The notes under the pieces were generated by a model. It saw only the letters and a program-made list of their open reading frames with translations, did no database searches and was not told the origin of the DNA. Position numbers and translations under genes: made by a program. A stretch of DNA of 64,000 nt from Amphiscolops sp. MND2022 (lineage: Eukaryota). Of the stretch, positions 60,101 to 64,000 are shown piece after piece (the first letter of the stretch is position 1; every line of letters begins with the position of its first letter). The stretch lies in assembly GCA_964187785.1 (NCBI GenBank), contig OZ076409.1, forward strand, positions 57,042,001 through 57,106,000, given 5' to 3'.

Positions 60101-62539
60101 AAATTCAACCAATCACAACGCGGCTTTAACACACGCGAACGGAACCAAAATACTCATTTGCTTAAAGCCTCACCGTTACCAAACAGCAGCATTCTAAACT
60201 CATTCAAAACTTTACCACCGCCAAGCAATAAAATGGACAAAGTCAACGGAATCGATATGGATTTTATATTTAAAAAGAGGGGCCACTCACCAGAAACGAA
60301 ACGTCTATGGATTGAAAGAAACCATATCCTAAAACCGGACAAAACACGAATAGTGGGCAAGGGCAAAGAAAGCGAGAGAATTCAAGAATACAGGCCAAAT
60401 CAAGCGGGGCGAAAACGAATTGCGGAATTAAACATTGAAATTTATAACCGTTTCTTCCACTTTTGCGAAACATTAAACACGACCCCTCTACAAGAATTCC
60501 AACAGAACAATAATGAATCCTGGATCAACAACAATCAGTCCGATGGAGAAAGCCAGACGAGCCAAATAAAGCAAGACAAATGCCCCACCAACGCATTGAG
60601 ACGGTTCAAGAAGCACGAAACGGTTAATCTCATTAGACTAAAACAGACGGCCAAACTGAACACGCTAGATCCAGAGCAAAACGAAAATACCGCTAACGTA
60701 CTGAAGAAAGCTGAGAAGGATTTCGCACTGGACTTGCCCCTATTAGTGGAGGAGACAGCACGCGATATCAAAATTCTAAACACAATTGCCGCAATCGAAC
60801 AGCAACAATTGGAGAGTATATTTTACCCCTACCGCCCCCACCGCCTACATCTATCAACCAGATTCGGACTGCTATTCTATAACGACAGAATAGTCATACC
60901 GGAAAACATGCGGTCGACAATCATTGCTATGCTGCATCACGGCCATGTCTCCAAAAACAAAATGGAACAACTTGCAGAAGCCTTCTGGTGGCCCGGCCTG
61001 AACCGAGACGTGCACGAAAAAGCGGAAACATGCCCGAGTTGTAGAGCCGCAGGTAAGAACATCATTACACAAATTCCGTCAACGGAGAAAAATAATTTAG
61101 AAATTCTAACCGAGCCGAATCAAGAGATTCAATTGGATTTCGCCGGTCCAATCAAATCAAAATCACGCGGTGACGTTTACATTTTAGTAGCAGTAGACCG
61201 TTTTAGTAAATGGCCCACCGCACAAGTATGCAAAAGTGCGGATACTCGGACCGTTTTGAAATTTTTAACCGAATATTTCACGAACAACGGGACACCACAG
61301 TGCATTAGAACCGATAACGGCAGCTGCTTCAAAAGCAGCGAATTTAAAAAATTTTGCGCGGATGAAAACATAAAACGAATACGATGCACTCCGAACTTAC
61401 ATACCGGCACTGGTCTAGTCGAGCGTACGATACGGACAATTAAGTCATTAACTAGAGCGAATATGGCCGATGGATTAAAATTTGAAGACAGCATCCAATT
61501 AGCAATCAAAACAATCAGACAAACTCCACACAGTAGATTAAATATGACGCCATTTCAAATGCACTTAGGCAGAAAGCCAAGAACTGCACTTATCAACATA
61601 ATCGGTAAACCTGAATGTCTGTTATCCAATTGGAAGAATACACTAACTAATTACATTTCAGCACAACCAACAGAGTTACAAGTAGTCACCATCAACGATG
61701 CTGAAGGGGAAATGGCTGACTACCTGGTGCTCAACGATACTCGAAAAAGAAGTCGTACGGTAAGCCGGAAATTCAAAAACTATCAATTTTTAGAAAAAGA
61801 AAGCAGACCCAATTCAATGAAATGTGGTTTCAAAACGGATAAAATTTTAACGGCAACAAAAGAAACCGACCATACGGTCACTACCTCTGACGGCAGAATA
61901 ATACACAAAAAACTTGCCTCTAAACCTTTAAAATTTCAGACCCAAAGGAAACCAGACGAACCGAAGAAGGCCATCACCCGATGCAAAAGATGTGGTAAAT
62001 TCAGCAGCGATAGATACTGCGAAACACACCGACAACTAGATAACAATAACAACGATGCCGAGGAAGGACCGAGCACCAGCCGCAACTTCCCGACAATGCC
62101 CGCAAAGAAAAAATACAAACGGGTAACCGTTTACGATTCGTCCAACACAACCGACCATAGCTCAGGAGAAGACACCCCAAACTCCGATAGAGGAGAAGAG
62201 GATCCGGAAGAGGCAGACCTCAGAGCCGAGATCGGACGTGAAATCGAAAGACTGCGGGAACAGACACCGGCACCCACAACACAAGTCGGATGTAGCACCG
62301 GACGGGCCAATACTCCACCACAGCCGGATATTCAGGGCACACCGATACACCGCCAAACAACGCTCGACACTGGAATCGAAATCGCTGAACCAGGAGACGG
62401 GATAACAGGTAAAATTAGGGCGGATCAAAACTCTTACTTTGAAAAAAATCAAATAAAATCAGAACCTGAACCGCGTAGATCCGAAAGGATAAAATCAGCA
62501 CGAAGAGTAGTGAAACTAGGTGGGGTAGAATATTTTTAA
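57179..62539 (+). CDS. Gag-Pol polyprotein (Gag, PR, RT, RNase H, integrase)
   Basis: 1786 aa. Zn knuckles CRFCG..HIC and CNICKKMGHFAKVC; PR IDTGS; RT WLDD; RH TDAC/NELE/TDH/DYLSR; IN HHGH..CPSC, LDFAGP, TDNG, VER. Confidence 0.97.
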   Translation: MDNNNTDLNSTEDRPMSSEQTTRTTNNQTISERAEKSKYKIPILSDRETDLTKANPKMWWEQISEYILLTYNRNLDEITDEGVEYMDPHTVYHIKGDVIWALGPKAKHEIMRGQWGREIKDVKLPELLTLFKKTFLPARNVFHSRAQFFNMKQDDNETLDEYWKRLVDIERKCEFGNITAEEIITYKFAATIKDKRARDKFIKGPLKIQLVLETIELDNYNRKYGDKKSKTKKAKRDSTSSSTSTELIGHTNQSRKRRTQNNEKKKSTNKNCRFCGKPNWSMEHICPARRAQCNICKKMGHFAKVCKSKTVSRIAETVSSDSNTESWPEVDHIQSVNGINRVDFYKTVLLVHGQPIEFIIDTGSPVTIIPPIIDLTEVKKTTKTFVDVNKNPIKFKGEAMVEVKTEKSREILPILITENKNTQPLLGLDWLDKLEIGLQGSKKTNVIRHVTEDERRKRILNEYEDLFKNNHTIKDLTIDIQLKKDAKPIQQKGRPVPIHFQKIVREELEKLIDKGHLEKADRTTENCFVSPAVITIKKDKSVKIALDSRKLNDACIKRKAAMPNMEELISKISAKITKGNGDIWMSKIDLDYAYGQAKLSKEAARHCVFSIIGGEFTGHYRFKKGFYGLSDIPTVFQEHIDSVLEFKTPVWLDDIICVTNGDIEDHEKELREVLSKLQDAGYRASEKKTELFKRELTWLGYYINQNGVKPIKDKTEAITKLEAPKNVKELKSFLGSIQHLSKFINNLSKKTDEMRKLLRKDTKWEWTPEIDEDFEKLKKEITEAPCLAHFDPQKENYITTDACNTGLGATLWQKEGEIFRPVAFASRFLTDCEKKYAINELELSGALWGLEYFRYFVYGKRVNLLTDHQALQPLLKKNRAHKQYSARLTRWLDRLSHFDVNVQYTAGKNIPLTDYLSRHPIIPSEITELENKADGLIEAEAEEEFVINQIYGLLEFNQKCGSIKRFTEQNDTTEKFNQSQRGFNTRERNQNTHLLKASPLPNSSILNSFKTLPPPSNKMDKVNGIDMDFIFKKRGHSPETKRLWIERNHILKPDKTRIVGKGKESERIQEYRPNQAGRKRIAELNIEIYNRFFHFCETLNTTPLQEFQQNNNESWINNNQSDGESQTSQIKQDKCPTNALRRFKKHETVNLIRLKQTAKLNTLDPEQNENTANVLKKAEKDFALDLPLLVEETARDIKILNTIAAIEQQQLESIFYPYRPHRLHLSTRFGLLFYNDRIVIPENMRSTIIAMLHHGHVSKNKMEQLAEAFWWPGLNRDVHEKAETCPSCRAAGKNIITQIPSTEKNNLEILTEPNQEIQLDFAGPIKSKSRGDVYILVAVDRFSKWPTAQVCKSADTRTVLKFLTEYFTNNGTPQCIRTDNGSCFKSSEFKKFCADENIKRIRCTPNLHTGTGLVERTIRTIKSLTRANMADGLKFEDSIQLAIKTIRQTPHSRLNMTPFQMHLGRKPRTALINIIGKPECLLSNWKNTLTNYISAQPTELQVVTINDAEGEMADYLVLNDTRKRSRTVSRKFKNYQFLEKESRPNSMKCGFKTDKILTATKETDHTVTTSDGRIIHKKLASKPLKFQTQRKPDEPKKAITRCKRCGKFSSDRYCETHRQLDNNNNDAEEGPSTSRNFPTMPAKKKYKRVTVYDSSNTTDHSSGEDTPNSDRGEEDPEEADLRAEIGREIERLREQTPAPTTQVGCSTGRANTPPQPDIQGTPIHRQTTLDTGIEIAEPGDGITGKIRADQNSYFEKNQIKSEPEPRRSERIKSARRVVKLGGVEYF

Positions 62540-62657
62540 AACCTTTACGTTTAGGAGACACCTACACTTTCACCACTCCAGCTCGATTCCCGTTCACCCC
62601 CTTTCCACGAATCAAGAAAGACACTGCACGACAACAGTGGTTCCCTTAGAAGGTCCC

Positions 62658-62670
62658 GGAAGAAGGGGAA
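62658..62670 (+). promoter_or_regulatory. Polypurine tract
   Basis: GGAAGAAGGGGAA abuts the 3' LTR. Confidence 0.9.
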
Positions 62671-62862
62671 TGTGGCATGAAATGGCTAAACAAACCATAC
62701 TGCCAAAATGGACAGTGAACTACCTGCCACTTTTATGACGTCATGTAACACTGATGCATATATAGAAAATGAGATGATAGATACTTTTTAGTTTTGCTTT
62801 GATCGATACGTACTTGCTTATAATACACTGTATTTATCCTCCTGTTTCACCGAGTTACTTCA
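62671..62862 (+). repeat. 3' LTR
   Basis: Matches the 5' LTR. Confidence 0.97.
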
Positions 62863-63896
62863 TTCACGCTTCATTTTACCCTTACGGGCGCCTTCAACGG
62901 AAACGGAAACGAACCGAACCACCTGGAAACAGTCAATTAACTGCAAGCATGAATTGAAATGACAATCCACTTTCATTTTGAGTTCAAATCGCTTGCGGGC
63001 ATATCTGTGCTGATTTAGGCGCGTCAAAAAAGATTCGCATCGGCACCTCTAGAAATATCCAATATCACAGGAAGCTATCCTTTTTGCAAATTCAGTTCGC
63101 TTACCTTGTTAATTAAGATGCGGAAAATTTCCCTGGCAGACTTGAAAATTTTTGAAAAGTTTGAAAAGAGTTTGTGTTGGTGGAATTGAATGTTGGAAAA
63201 ATTTTTTAGTTCAACATGAAAGCAGTAAACAAGACTCTTTTTGAACGTTTTTTTTTCCTCCAAAAATGAGACACACTCTAAACTTCGCTCTGTTCTACTT
63301 TCAGTTAAAAGTCAGATTATCAAAACAGGTTGCTCATTTTCTACAAAATTGTTCATTGTTTTTCGCATTTGTTAACTTAATTCTTTTGTGATTTAATCTT
63401 TGTTCTAACTCGTTCCAAAACCGTCACTGTGAATTTCGAGTTTCATGTGGATAAATGTTTGGCGCATGAAAATACAGAACGGTACAGAAAGTTTACGCAC
63501 ACCTAGTTTTTTGGAGATTTCTCAATTTTTCAGCTAGAAAAACAAATTTTGTAGTCATGGTTCATTGTTTGTTTCAAGCATTTCTCGATCGAAGCATTCT
63601 ACCAACGGTACCCTATTTTAATAAACTTATCTCAAACTATTTCCCAAAATTATCTCCCACCAATGCAGAACAATGCGGAATGATTTTTGAATGATTTTTT
63701 TGCGAAAACCCAAGAGTATTAATTGACAAGAATTCGTGTTTGAAAAAGTGAGAGTCTAGATCTTCGATACCTTGATTTAACCGTGTGCAACTTTATTCAT
63801 TATATGGAATTCAGTCCGCGTACAATTATTCAGAGGTTTTCCACAATCTGAATTTAGATGGCCTCAATTTTATACTAGTTAAGCAGCCGGGGTACG

Positions 63897-64000
63897 GAAA
63901 ACCCAACACAAGAAAACTCAACACACGAAAACTCAACACAGAAAACTCAACACATAGTGAAAAGCAGAAAACTCAACACAAGAAAACTCAACACAGAAAA
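63897..64000. repeat. ~14-15-bp tandem repeat (GAAAACTCAACACA), runs off the window end
   Basis: About 6 units visible. Confidence 0.85.

Larger units (their letters stand above)
56952..62862 (+). mobile_element. Intact Ty3/Gypsy LTR retrotransposon (Mag-like)
   Basis: 192-bp TG..CA LTRs, identical by eye; TSD TTCAC (56947-56951, 62863-62867); PBS, PPT and a single open gag-pol. Confidence 0.97.

Noticed and set aside
57388..62452. Multiple minus-strand ORFs inside the Gypsy element
   Set aside because: Shadow ORFs of the long A-rich gag-pol frame; no independent motifs and no env-like gene.

Overview
AT-rich eukaryotic (most likely invertebrate animal) genomic DNA made almost entirely of mobile elements; I cannot support any host gene. 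The main feature is a 14.6-kb Polinton/Maverick (adintovirus-like) derivative at 2650-17283 that is one giant palindrome. Two ~7.3-kb inverted arms flank a 55-bp spacer. The element has AGTAGT/ACTACT termini and a 6-bp TSD (GTTAAT). Each arm carries the integrase and virion module (protease, major and minor capsid, core-like protein, integrase, packaging ATPase, accessory genes), but there is no DNA polymerase. The window also holds an intact, very young Ty3/Gypsy (Mag-like) LTR retrotransposon (56952-62862; identical 192-bp LTRs, TSD TTCAC) and an internally deleted piggyBac (49647-51994, TTAA TSD) whose transposase has an unusual duplicated N-terminal domain. Decayed Gypsy, Bel/Pao and piggyBac remnants, DINE-1/Helentron-like elements, MITE-like hairpins and tandem repeats fill the rest. 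All family calls come from motif recognition by eye; no searches were run.
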